From contig NMRA01000447.1 in the NCBI GenBank assembly GCA_002633005.1, positions 309,032-373,031 on the forward strand: a stretch of 64,000 nucleotides of DNA, given 5' to 3'. The stretch is from Phoronis australis. Lineage: Eukaryota > Animalia > Phoronida. The stretch's first letter is position 1. Every line of letters begins with the position of its first letter. Under the pieces are notes generated by a model. The model was not told the DNA's origin. It was given only the letters and a program-made list of their open reading frames with translations, and searched no databases. Position numbers and translations under genes: made by a program. Of this stretch, positions 38,274 to 51,533 are shown one piece after another.

Positions 38274-39664
38274 CCGTATTCGCCGTAATAACCGCCCATG
38301 CCCCTATAAGCCCCCCCCCACGCGTTTTCAGACTTTGCTGAAATAAGCGCCCAGTCCATGAACGTGTACATGCGAACAATGACGTACCTACAGTCCTAAA
38401 ACTCGGCTACAGTAACGTCTTCAATTTATCAAAAAATTTTTGCACGGGTCTTCTAGACCACCAGCGGCACTGCTACGTTTGTATTTAGCCGTGACAAAGT
38501 AACGCAGCGCTTCAAAAAGAACGCAACAGCGTTGCTACGCACTCGCGACGACCGTGTCCCATGGTCTGACCTTTCAGTAGACATATCAACTGTCTCATGA
38601 ACAAAAATAACTCGGTGTTAAACGCACGTGGCCAGGAAGCGCGCGCTACATAACCTGTCATCAAAGACATTAGTTGGGAACTATCCATTCATGAAGCGGG
38701 TAGCATAGCATCGATAAGAAATGAATATTGGAACTAATTTCCGACAATTTCTAATACTATCAACATGTTTGCGTTATTTTTTGAGATGGATAGTTTGATT
38801 AACCGTAATTGGTGTTATTAAGCCGAATATCCGATAAAATGACAAATGACAGTGAATGCTTACACACCCTTACACCGAAAAATAACTGTCAGATAGTTAC
38901 GTACGCATCCAGCTACACGGCGACTAATATGGGCCTTGCCGAGACAAATGTCGAAAGTTATTAGCACGAGACCGGCAAGTGCTGAATGAAACACGCTCTG
39001 GTTTAGGTCTACTGCTTGTGCAAATTTCTTTAGACACATCTAGCTAGTTAGATTGCGTGGCTCTGGCCGGAGACGGTCTCTGCTTTGGCAAATGAACTCT
39101 GGTGACACGCACGCGCTCGCTTACTTGCAGACGAACTTCAAAACAAACGTCACGTGACAACAACTTGTGTGTTCGGCCACTGGAAGACATTTTTCTCGCC
39201 GTGTTGCCGATCATACATGTAGATGGCACGATGTTGCACAGATTTATACTTAACCTGCCGTTAATCCAGACTCCACGGGAACTTAAAAACCTTAGAGACG
39301 CTACTTATAAAATTTAATGAGGATTTCAGGTACTTTATCGAAACCATTTTTATTCAAGCATTGAAGTCGCCATATCGAAGACGGCGATTTCGAAGCAGTC
39401 AGTTGGCGAGGTTTCGCCCTGGGATTTCAGCACAATTTTCTGTAAAATGATCGTAATTTAACAGCAAAGTTTGATAGCAATGCACCACAGTTTTGTTGAA
39501 AGACTTTCATAGATTACATGCGTCACAGAGCGTAAATTTGATGAATCTTAGCTTCCGATTTCACCCGTTTCGGAGACCGGGTTTCAACCGCCTTGGGTTA
39601 TAATAAGCGCCCCCCTGAACCGAACTTTTCTAAGCGCCCTGGGCGGTTATTACGGCGAATACGG
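38274..39664. mobile_element. Non-autonomous Tc1/mariner (Tc2/pogo-like) element
   Basis: Perfect 25-bp TIR CCGTATTCGCCGTAATAACCGCCCA, TA on both flanks, no transposase ORF. Confidence 0.88.
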
Positions 39665-39696
39665 TAGGCCTCTTAGTATCAATTTAAGAGGTAAAT

Positions 39697-39760
39697 TGTG
39701 GTGGTGCAGTGTTAAAGCACGCGCGCTCAATCCGCCAGAACGTGAGTTCGAGTCTATGGC
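39697..39760 (+). mobile_element. Possible tRNA-derived SINE head
   Basis: A-box-like TGGTGCAGTGTTAA and B-box-like GAGTTCGAGTC at tRNA-like spacing; no complete cloverleaf. Confidence 0.35.
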
Positions 39761-42101
39761 GCTTGTGGTGTTTCTTGTTTGACACTTTCTCGTTTTTTTA
39801 CTGTCTCTTTTGTTGGATATTACTTCAGGAATCAAGAAAATGCTTGATTTTTGGAGGGAAAAACAGAGGAGGGTTTGCCCGACCTCGCCCATTGGGTGCT
39901 ATGTGCATCTATAATCGTGCTTTGAGCAAATGTTTACAGACAAAATGTTGGGCCCTCCTGTGATATCCTATATCTGCCACTGACGATATGTTTAACTACA
40001 TTCTGCACCGGTGTCCACTCTCTTCCAGTTTCGTATAAACCTTCGTGTTTTACGGAAAGTAACTAATTTGCGTACATCTAAACTACTAAAAATACGCAAA
40101 GTTTTTTTTGGATGTTGAAAACGTGTGTATAGTCTACATGTATTTGCGGAATTTAGAAATCTTACATTGGGGGGGATTAAAACGGATGTTGAATATTGCC
40201 AAGTAAATAATGACAGCTATCCATGTGATTAGAAAGTAGTCACTTTATCGAAGTAATTACATAGAAGGCTTAGTGTAAAGGGAACTGTATTCTCCCCCAA
40301 ATTTCAATTAATTAACTCGCAATCAGTTGAACTTTCTGTTAACAGAACTCATCGTCATGTGACAGCACCATGGCTCATATCTAGACAACTTTGTGTTCGC
40401 AGTATCGATTTAAGAAACATGTGTGCGTACCGATGTTCATTGTAGCGAACACACAGTTTGTGGTGACGAGCACGCTTATGCTAACTTTTATTAGGAATTC
40501 TCATTCATTGCAAAATGACACCCAGTTCATACATGTACGTTGGTGAAAAAGGTGGCGGTCATATGTCGCCAACTTTAACTGCATTTAGAAAATGAGTCTG
40601 ACGATAAAAAAATCGAGTGGATATGGGCCACATACCCTCAACCTCTTAACTAACTTTGTTGACAGTGATAAGGCCACCCGCCCTTATACATGTACATGTA
40701 CACATCATCATGTGCTTGAATATGGCGCGTTATCATCAAGTACAACAATAAAGAAAATACATGTACGTCAAAGTGCAAGGCTTTATCGTCTTGCAAAAGA
40801 ACACTATAGAAAACTGGCTGATTTCCAAACAATATGTTAGGGCACAATATGTACAAAATTTCTTTGATTTACAATCCTTGGAAAACGTACTTTGCAGACG
40901 CTTAATTGTTTTAAAATGAATTCAGACAGCGCAAAATCCTGACAAAATCTACACAAGATAGTTTCACTGGGAGTATTGCGCATGCTTCTATTTTGACTTG
41001 GTTATTGTTAAAATAACCTGAATGTTCTGACTCTTCCACGAGGATATGAACGCCATGACGTCTACACGAGCAGAACACGTCAGTCCAACCTGGCCTCTTG
41101 CGCCTCCTTGAGCTGCTTCTTGATGCGACGACGATAACCTGGCGCAATGACAGTGCTGACTAGGATCATCTCTCGTCTGCTCTTGTACAACTAGCTCGTT
41201 TTGTGGGTGCTTTCCGTGGCGGATTAAGATTGGACAAAGGGAGGTCATGCCCCCCACCCTAAAATTCACACAGATTCCATTTGACAGTTCGGGGGTGCGA
41301 ATATCAGAGTGGCAAAATTCTTGCTACTAGTCTGCTCTGGCACCCCCTTACTCAAAATCTGTATCCGCCCCTGGCACTGCCCAATGTTTGGAACCTATGT
41401 CCCAGCCGTGCCGGAGTTGTTGTAAATAAGCAAGCAGACCAAATCGCCAGCCATGCTGTGATACAAGTGCCCTTGAAGCTTTTTGTGTCAAGCTGTTTGG
41501 ACACGCAATGCTCTTGGCCAGGACAGAATATTATGTCAGGATTTTGACCGTCAGACATTCGTAAACTCGAACAATCAAGTGGAATCTGAGAGAAATTTAG
41601 AAAGCCATGGCCAACTTGCCCCCCCCCCGAAATCCGCTATTGAACTGAACGGCTGGGTAAATATTGCGAGGATTTACGTAGTCCTACTTTTCTTTAGGAT
41701 AACGAGGCTAATAAAGTTCAAGCTCCAGCCTATCACCCAGTGTTCAGAGAAGGGTACCGACAATTAAGAAAGCTTTTTTTTTAAGTTCTTGATAAAAGGT
41801 TTACAGTGGTTTGAATAAAAAAGTGTGTAGTTCTTTGAAGATATTCTTGCCATCGTTCTCACAGAAATACTTCCAAGAGTGGTTAACAATGACTCTTCTC
41901 TACTAAAGATAGAGAGAGTGTACGTTAACTTGTTAACACATAATTTCACATTGACGTTTTTTGTTTTCTGTCGTATACTCGTTCACAATACACTCCATGT
42001 AAGGTTTTAGTTATCATTTTTTTTCAAATGGTATTTAAATAAGGAATTAAATTACATATTCTTGGGCTCCTCGCACTCGCCTTAAAATAGCTTTAATCTA
42101 C

Positions 42102-44484
42102 TAGTCAGGTTCACTATGACCAAATTTTGACATTTGTTGGAATTTTTTTGGGAAAGTGGAAACTACACATTTTTGGAAACCTCATGGAATGACAAATCAG
42201 AAAAATAATTGATTCCATTTTTGGTGGCCATTTGACGGCCACCTTGGATTTTCAAAGATGGCGTCGGTAAAATAAATTTTGCCCAATATATTCGCCCTTG
42301 GGTCACTGAGAGTGTTACTTTTTATGGCTACACCTGCAGTTCTGAGGTCAATGGGTTGAAAATTTTAATTTTATTTGCAGCCATCTTAGAATTCCAAAAA
42401 TTGTACCCGTAAAATACTTAGAATGGTAGTTTAAAGGGCTGCACCCAAATTTTGTGAGGTAGGCCTAAGGAATCGAAAAACACTATTTCTAAAAGTATAA
42501 TAAAATCTAAATGACTTCAGATGGCACATAATTTTTGCAGTAACCACGCTAATCAGGCTGAGGATCAATGGCGAGAACAACAGGAGTTGTAGTCTGGTGA
42601 GAAAATCGAAGAAAAACTTTCGAATTCACCCTAACACCAAACGCAATCTTTGTTGACTGTGGGGAAATGCTGCAACGCGCAGACAAGTGGAATCGAATCC
42701 ACCTTCTGCAGAAACTTTCGAAAGCAGACATTTTAGAACAGGACAGTCCTCAAGCTGTAAGAGTGGTTCTAGATCCAGAAAACACTGCGGAGTGTGTTCA
42801 CCCAAGCCACAAAACTGCACGTGCAGCTAGCATGGAAGCGATGCTCTTAACTAGAGATTATGACGATTCCATTCTGGTTTTTGACACCCACGAAGACAAC
42901 TCTTTGAAACATGCCACAACAGAAAAATGGCAGATAAAGGGTCAAGTACAGTACCAGATTATAGATGAGACTTACACACAGGACTAACCAATAAGCCGCT
43001 TCCTCTCATATGACCATAAAAGTCTCAACATACTGAATATCTGTCTGCACAGACATATGATTGTAGTAAAGACTCTGCCAAGATAGCCATTACTTCAGCT
43101 TCAGGATGTACAAAGAGCAACCATCTTGATCTACGTTTAAAATAAAACGATCATGAAAAAGCAGATATATTGTTAATACACTGTACATAATGCAGTTGTG
43201 GCAACACATCAAATACTCCCTGATTCTCAGCTGATGTTTTTTCACCTGACACAGATTTACTGGTACCCGTCATTACCTATTATGACAGGCTTCTCAGAAA
43301 TACTTCAGTCCCCATGGCATCTGGGATTGTGGACGTGAATCCAATATGGGCAATATTATGTGCTGTCCGGGAAACGGCTCGTCCTGCTTTCCATGCTTTT
43401 ACATGGACACAACAACACTGGTCCATTCTGTAGGATGAATATATATTTATAACACTGATGATATCAATGCACTGTAGACTTTTTGTACTGCTAATGAAGT
43501 AACAGGTTTTCACATGTACATGCTCACCACAGGGTATATACGCAAATAGCATACCAGATATGAAATTGTACCTCTTCTGTAAACGTACGGCTGACAACGA
43601 CAAATGTCCACCAACCATTGGTGCTTTGAAACAGCATGTGCTGAGGGTGTTTATTCAAGCCCAATGTGGGGTCAGGCAGTCATTGCTCGAAAGGAGTTCC
43701 TTGACCCATTGCAGAATGAATTTACAAGAACAAAGATGATCGGCTGAAACAATCACAACTGAGCAGCTTCCTGTGCCAAAGGCTATCATTGAGAAAGTTA
43801 AATGCAAGTGCAAAAACGATTGCGCTTTCCAGAGATCCTCTTGCCGATCAAAGGACCTACCTAACACAGATCTATATCAATATAGGGCAGATCGAATGTC
43901 AGAATGGTGGTGATGATGTGATTCCTGGTGACAGTAACGCTGGAATACTCTAAAGACTATTGACACTACAAAAACATACTGTCCTCAAACGTTAGTAAGT
44001 TGTTTAGGCACTGGTAAATAGTGATTACATGTGTTGGATTACATGAAGAATGGACTTAGAAAATGTGGCTGCAGATAAATGGGATTTCTCGTTTATGAAT
44101 TGGATTTTCAGATTTCTTGACCAAAAAATGTGCATGCAGCCATTAAAACTAACATTCTGAGTTACCCAAGAGCAAAGATACTGAGTAAAATGTAATTTTA
44201 AGGGCGCCAGGTTTAAAAATCCAAGATGGTAGCCAATAAAATTAACATGTCCAATTCCTTGACCTGAGAAATGCAGGTGTAGCCATTAAAACAAACACTC
44301 TAAGTGATTCGAAAGTGGAGATATTGGGCAAAATCCGTTTTTACCGGCGCCACGTTTGAAAATCCAAGATGGCCGCCAAAATGAAATCAATTATTTTTTA
44401 ATTTGTCATTCCATGAGGTTTCCAAAATATATAGTTTCACTTTCCTCAAAAAATTTCAACAAAATTACAAAACAAACCTGACTG
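42102..44484 (+). mobile_element. AcademX-like DNA transposon, internally deleted (XPG-like nuclease + Cys-rich C-terminus)
   Basis: Termini TAGTCAGGTT/AACCTGACTG with 3-bp TSD TAC (42099-101, 44485-87); TIR of ~230-250 bp; decayed protein with VFDTHEDNSLK, HEKADILLIH, SPDTDLLV, FHAFT, PPTIGALKQHVLR and CKCKNDC..SCRSK. Confidence 0.8.
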
Positions 44485-47400
44485 TACCATTAAATACAAA
44501 GCTAACAAGAAGATTACATTCTGCTGGGAACGGCATTTGTAACGTTGGGAGGTCTTTGATTTGATTTTCTTGTGTTGGTTTTATCAGTTTTTTTGGGGGG
44601 GGGTCACACTTGCCGCATCATTTCTGTTATTGGCGAAAAACATATAAGCACAGTGTTCTTTATACCAGTAAGATCCAGCAAAGCCAATTGTGAGTCAATT
44701 ACCTGTAGAACCCGTCTTTGGCTACTGCAAGTAGTGGGTCCAGGGGTACGTCGGTCGCAGAGGTCGTGAGATTATTTAGAACAACCCCCACCCAGCCCTC
44801 AGGTGTGTCGTTTATTGATTAAACACGGTAAGCCCCTGTACTAGTATTCCGTGAATTTGATTATTTTTTTCACAGTATGTTAGGCCCCTTGTCGCTTGCA
44901 TGGTAATTCATTGCAATGAAATGTTNTTATTTAGAACAACCCCCACCCAGCCCTCAGGTGTGTCGTTTATTGATTAAACACGGTAAGCCCCTGTACTAGT
45001 ATTCCGTGAATTTGATTATTTTTTTTCACAGTATGTTAGGCCCCTTGTCGCTTGCATGGTAATTCATTGCAATGAAATGTTTCATAAGAGACGCTAGCAG
45101 AGGCTAGAATCGTTTATTCCAAATACCTACTATGTCCTGTTGACTGAGTGTTCATCTTGATTTCAGACATAGTTCTGAAGATTCGAGCCACGTCCATAAC
45201 GTGTGACACTCAGTTCTTACAAAAGCAAGATAAGTGAGTTTTTATACCTATCTCGTTGCTGTATGTGGATTTAAAAGTAACGACTTGTCTTCAAAGTGGA
45301 GGAAAACATTCTATGACTCTTTAATACACGAGCTTCCACAGTATGTATTAGCAAAATAAAAAGGGAAACATTTGAAAATAATTGAGAGTACCATGTGTAT
45401 ATGTGGATGCGAACAGGACGGTTGTTCAGTGACAAGCGGTGGGTTCCTTGCTGTAAGATTGACATTGACAACACAACTCGAAAACATACTTCTGGAAAAC
45501 TTTAACTTAATTCTGAGGTATAGCGACACGTTCCCCCTTCATCTGATTTTGCAATCTCTGACACTTCTCTGTGGTGGAAATGTTTGTTCTTCCAGTTTGC
45601 ATGAAAGTGAATGATTACATTTTTCTGAATTAGACATGAGTGTTCTGCTACATTGTATGTAAGTGAATCATTACAAGACAGAACAGTTTTCTGGAAAGGA
45701 CATGTGTGTTCTGACAAAATCCATCTNCAGATCTATATCAATATAGGGCAGATCGAATGTCAGAATGGTGGTGATGATGTGATTCCTGGTGACAGTAACG
45801 CTGTAGGAATACTCTAAAGACTATTGACACTGCAAAAACATACTGTCCTGTTCCTCAAACGTTAGTAAGTTGTTTAGGCACTGGTTTAGTTTAAATGTCT
45901 TGAAGGAATCAAGCTCCAAACAAAATACATGTATACCAGAAAGTAGATAGTGATTACATGTGTTGGATTACATGAAGAATGGACTTAGAAAATGTGGCTG
46001 CAGATAAATGGGATTTCTCGTTTTATGAATTGGATTTTCACATTTCTTGACCAAAAAAAATGTGCATGCAGCCATTAAAACTAACATTCTGAGTTACCCA
46101 AGAGCAAAGATACTGAGTAAAATGTAATTTTAAGGGCGCCAGGTTTAAAAATCCAAGATGGTAGCCAATAAAATTAACATGTCCAATGCCTTGACCTGAT
46201 AAATGCAGGTGTAGCCATTAAAACAAACACTCTAAGTGATTCGAAAGTGGAGATATTGGGCAAAATCTGTTTTTACCGGCGCCACGCTTGAAAATCCAAG
46301 ACGGCCGCCAAAATGAAATCAATTATTTTTTAATTTGTCATTCCATGAGGTTTCCAAAATATATAGTTTCTCTTTCCTCAAAAAATTTCAACAAAATTAC
46401 AAAACAAACCTGACTGTACCATTAAATACAAAGCTAACAAGAAGATTACATTCTGCTGGGAACGGCATTTTTAACGTTGGGAGGTCTTTGATTTGATTTT
46501 CTTGTGTTGGTTTTATCAGTTTTTTTTGGGGGGGGTTCACACTTGCCGCATCATTTCTGTTATTGACGAAAAACATGTAAGCACAGTGTTCTTTATACCA
46601 GTAAGATCCAGCGAAGCCAATTGTGAGTCAATTACCTGTAGAACCCGTCTTTGGCTACTGCAAGTAGTGGGTCCAGGGGTACGTCGGTCGCAGAGGTCGT
46701 GTGATTATTTAGAACAACCCCCACCCAGCCCTCAGGTGTGTCGTTTATTGATTAAACACGGTAAGCCCCTGTACTAGTATTCCGTGAATTTGATTATTTA
46801 TTTTCACAGTATGTTAGGCCCCTTGTCGCTTGCATGGTAATTCATTGCAATCAAATGTTTCATAAGAGACGCTACCAGAGGCTAGAATCGTTTATTCCAA
46901 ATACCTATTATGTCCTGTTGACCGAGTGTTCATCTTGATTTCAGACATAGTTCTGAAGATTCGAGCCACGTCCATAACGTGTGACACTCAGTTCTTACAA
47001 AAGCAAGATAAGTGAGTTTTTATACCTATCTCGTTGCTGTATGTGGATTTAAAGTAACAACTTGTCTTCAAAGTGGAGGAAAACATTCTATGACTCTTTA
47101 ATACACGAGCTTCCACAGTATGTATTAGCAAAATAAAAAGGGAAACATTTGAAAATAATTGAAAGTACCATGTGTATATGTGTATGCGAACAGGACGGTT
47201 GTTCAGTGACAAGCGGTGGGTTCCTTGCTGTAAGATTGACATTGACAACACAACTCGAAAACATACTTCTGGAAAACTTTAACTTAATTCTGAGGTATAG
47301 CGACACGTTCCCCCTTCATCTGATTTTGCAATCTCTGACACTTCTCTGTGATGGAAATGTTTGTTCTTCCAGTTTGCATGAAAGTGAATGATTACATTTT

Positions 47401-47503
47401 TCTGAATTAGACATGAGTGTTCTGCTGCATTGTATGTAAGTGAATCATTACAAGACAGAACAGTTTTCTGGAAAGGACATGTGTGTTCTGACAAAATCCA
47501 TCT
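43867..47503. other. Near-identical tandem duplication across the N at 45727 (43867-45726 vs 45728-47503); nested duplication across the N at 44926
   Basis: The copies meet exactly at single-N gaps and differ by scattered SNPs and one ~60-bp indel, as expected of unmerged allelic contig ends. Confidence 0.85.
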
Positions 47504-50120
47504 GCAGTAAGTGACTTATTACATTTATCTGGAACGGACATGTGTGTTCTGCCAAATTTTACGTAAATGAATAATTAAATTTCTCTGAAATGGACTTGTG
47601 AGTTCTGCCAAATTGTATATAAGTGAATCATTAGAAATGCAGTTCTCCGTAAAGGACACGTGGGTTCTGGCAAATCACATCTTCATGTAAGTGAATTAGT
47701 ACATTTACCTGGAATGGACAAACGTTTTCTTCCAAATTGAACGAAAGTGAAGTATTACATTTCACTGGAATGCGAATGCGTGGTCTGTCAATTTGCATGT
47801 AAGCGAATTATTACATGTTTCTGAAATAGAAATGTGTTCTCTCCCAAACTTTATGTAAGTGAATTATTACATGTCTTTGGAATGGACATGTGTGTACTGC
47901 CACATTGCGTGTAAGTGCATTTTGGCAACTACAATGGAAAGGAAGATCACTACATGTTTACTAGTTCGAGAAAATCTCTTCAAAAATATACTTTAGTATT
48001 CCAGATTTCCTTAATCATTACGTAACTTTCACATCGTAAGCTAAATCTGTTACGATTATTCGTTCTGTGTGATTTTGACGAACCGGAGTAGATACGCAAT
48101 GTGGGAAACAGAGATTGACTTCGTGCAATACTCTGTTCTCTGTAAGTTTTTTGGTGGTAATCCAGAAGAGAACTGTTCACACGCTACAGATAATCGATTT
48201 TAACAAAATATCTCATTCTATCGTATACTGCTTTACGGCCCTTGACCACCAAATATCACTCCACACTATAATCACTTGAGTAACACGCGTGTAATGACGA
48301 CGTCCAAATTTTATTTAAGACCTTATCAGATTCGACAGTTTTGATCAGGCCTTAGAATTTTAGAGTTATTATCCCGAATTATTTTTTACACCATAAAAGT
48401 TGGTGACCACGCATTCCTGGGTACTACTTAGAAAACTGGGTACTTTTGGTAATTGTGATCTGCACTACGAGAGAAATTATTTAGTCAAAGTAACTAATTT
48501 TTATGGTTCAAAATTGTGTGATTGTTCGTCTTCTTGTCACTGTTGTCGAGGAAATGACGTGTTATTGTTTTTTAGCACGGACTATGTATGTCCCAAAGAA
48601 CAATGTCCCAGTGGCAAGATCGTGCACGGCACTTATGATTATACGGAAGTAAGTGGTTGTTACTCTTTTGTAAGATACAACACATCCACCGATTGCCGTG
48701 CGTGAATCATCTGGTGCAAGATCATCTGGTGGACTGTGCGGACACAGTGAATGAAACTGAGTGGATTAGTTACCGTTATCAATACTTGTTTACGGGTTTC
48801 TTTTCTATTCTGCCAATGCTGAAAAACGGTGTGAAATGGTAGTTGCGGTAGATAGAATTAGTGACCTTTATCGTTAACCGCTGGAAAAGCTAAACCTTCG
48901 GAGTGAAAGCTGCAGAAAGGGATACTCATTTACACTGTAGTTACCATCAGTTGTATTCTGAGAATATTGACAACAAGTTCCAATATTCAGACAAAATAAG
49001 AAACAATCGTCGGTCATCTCTCTGCCTGTATGCAAGTGAAAGACCGCTCAATTTCTAACCAGGTTGCGCTTGCATGAACATGTCTTCTAGAAGTAGATAC
49101 CATGCCTGCGTCCTGTGCATGCAAAATATGGCAAAACCAAAAATATTTCGACCTGTTTTTCAAGAGAAGCAGGAGATCGCTATACATATATATGTATCTT
49201 ACTTTGGGAAGTCATTCCAGTCAACAATGCCCTTGTTTGTACACGAGTGGGCGTTTTGTATGTCTGCTTGCCCTCGCCATTGTCAATTTCATTTCCCGAT
49301 GGCTCTCAGTTTTGCGTTCTGCTTCGTGTCAGTGGCATCCTGCGCTTAGTTACAGCACACCTGCTGTGTAATGAACAGCCGATTACTGGTGTGGTACAGA
49401 CAGGGCAAAGCATGTTTTAGCTTTTTGTGCAGGTGAATTCCCGTTGTTAAATTCGTTTACAGTTGGTCCGTGCGTAATTCGTATCTCTTTCCCAAAGAAT
49501 TCGACAGTGTGCCGGGCAGCGTGGCATGATGGTCGTATCTTACCCTGGAGTGACAATGACGCAGACAGAACGGTCAGATGGACAACCTGCACTTCTCCTC
49601 CTGCGTATGTCCAATCATTTCGCTACGGAGCGGGCCGGACTTGGGGGTAAAAAAATGCAGTTAAAAGTACCTTTTAAGAGTTTTCAAGTGCTCTTTTCCT
49701 TCGTTAGACACACGGCAGCGTACGTGTTTTGTGTAAGCTCGTACTCTGGTGTGAGATCCTTGTAGAGAGTCATACTCCAGGGTTTTTCCTGAATTCTCAA
49801 ACGATGAACTTAGGTTCGAGAAGCACTACTAAGTGTATTTCTTTCAAATAATATTAAGGGAATTATTGTATCTCTGTACATGTATGTGATGTAATCAACT
49901 GGTTTGAAGTACAATTTAAGGCGTTTTAGCAAATTGAGAAGTGAAGAAGGTACTATGAAATCACACATTTTATACTTTATCAAGACTAGACCATAGAAAG
50001 ACCTGTGTTATTTCACCTTTCAGACACAAATTTAGTGTTCTAATATCATTTATATAGTTGCCATTTGCAGGTATCTTAAAACGTACGGATGTAAGAGATT
50101 TGTGTCCAGTCGGAAAGTTG
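46602..50120 (+). CDS. Second receptor gene: LCCL domain exons (46602-46678 [duplicate 44669-44745], 48576-48648, 49498-49646, 50071-50120)
   Basis: ITCRTR.. / TDYVCPKEQCPSGKIVHGTYDYTE / NSTVCRAAWHDGRI..YVQSFRYG matches the LCCL pattern ITCxTR..CPxxC..VxGTxxY..SxICxAAxHxGxI. The last three exons join in phase (0, 2); the first junction has a phase mismatch. Confidence 0.72.
47350..47920. repeat. Degenerate ~55-bp minisatellite, about 10 units
   Basis: Recurrent TGTAAGTGAATTATTACATTT..TGGAA.GGACATGTGTGTTCTGCCAAATT. Confidence 0.85.
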
Positions 50121-50341
50121 GTGAGTTCAATTAAACTTATCTGTGTATTTTTACTAAATGCGTTTGATGTTAATGTTCAGTTCTGAAATTTAATTTTTAA
50201 CATTAAGTTCACGTAAAACATTTTTGTAATCATTATATCTTTATTTTACAAAAACGACACTTCTTAAATACTTTTGCTCCATGAACTTGTGCGGTAGAAT
50301 GCATCTCAATGGCTCAGTTTAGACGTGGCAGTAAATTTCAG

Positions 50342-50602
50342 AATCACTGTACCGTCTCAGCACGCTTTCTTCACCGGGTTCTGGAACCGTCCGCTTGTTC
50401 GGAGGAAGTAATGTTGACCTGACTCATGACGTCATATCAGCCACAGTGTATGACAAAGCAATTTCAACATCACCTCCAACGGAAGTGCACTTCAGCAATA
50501 CCGAGGGCTATAAAGATTATCGAACACACGGGGCTGTAAATGTCTTCACGGCTGCTGGAAACAAGAGGAATTTATATTCCGGAATTGTGAATATTAATTA
50601 CG
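50342..50602 (+). CDS. Probable symmetric phase 1-1 exon (87 codons), unassigned beta-rich extracellular module
   Basis: tttcag acceptor, open frame ESLYRLSTL..YRTHGAVNVFTAAG..SGIVNINY, gtaacg donor; phase fits both neighbours. Confidence 0.55.
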
Positions 50603-51351
50603 GTAACGCCTTATGTTAATAAAACATATATTTCGAGTAACCACTCATCCATTTTTAGAATACGAGTCCTTCCGGTAGCTCAGAGTTCAATCCGGCCTAG
50701 AGTACGTGTATTCGAATGTTGGATAGGGGCATCTGTTGGATAATATACATGTAGACCTACATATTGCAGGCATTAAATTGAAGGCCAACGAGGAAAGCGG
50801 TCTCAAATTGTGTCACTCACCTTTTTGTTTGGACGTGCACGTTTAATCAGGAGATTCGAATTGATACTGAGTTTAAGTTGACGCTCCCGATTCCGTATAA
50901 ACACTGGGAGTACATGAAGATATACCCATTCTGGTTTGATGCATTTCAGTGGAACATTATATTGTATTGGAAACGTGTTTCGTCACAAACGATTTAAAGC
51001 TTACTGCCATCCAGTTTTCCGAATATTAGCCCTTGAGCTGTTAACAGTAGTCGCAGGTAACAGAAAAGGTACACGTATAACTTCCACATTTTCAAAGTAG
51101 CACCTTCTCATTCAAGCAGCACATTATGATGTGCTACCAGTAACTTGTCTAACTGGTTTGGTGTACCGCACGTAAACAACTAGCAAAACATGACTGTGTA
51201 ATTTGGAGTCTCCTTTAATTTGTTTGCAGCGTATAGAGAATGCCTCATGTATCAAGTAGGAAAACGTCTTAGTTTGGGAACATGGTTCGTCACAAAATTT
51301 GATGTTTAAACACAATTATTCAATCATACTCACACGCATCATAAAATTGTA

Positions 51352-51533
51352 GTGGCAAATATAGATTATTGCGTGGCGAAGGCGTTATCCACCGTATTCT
51401 AGAGCCCGAGTGGATTTTGGAGATTTATCGCCCGAGGGCAATCAGCCCCGAGTGCGAAAATTCCCCAAAATCCACGACGGCTCTAGAAAAGGGAGGTAAC
51501 GACTGATAACATATAATAATCTATTTATACCAC
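51352..51533. repeat. Imperfect ~180-bp palindrome
   Basis: GTGGCAAATATAGATTATT pairs with AATAATCTATTTATACCAC; TCTAGAGCC..GTGGATTTTGG pairs with CCAAAATCCAC..GGCTCTAGA. Confidence 0.75.

Noticed and set aside
43867-47503. Real 1.8-kb tandem duplication, second Academ right end and duplicated LCCL exon
   Set aside because: The breakpoints coincide exactly with single-N scaffold gaps; unmerged haplotypes are the simplest explanation.
47350-47920. CRISPR-like repeat-spacer array
   Set aside because: The whole unit is homologous between copies; this is a degenerate minisatellite without unique spacers.
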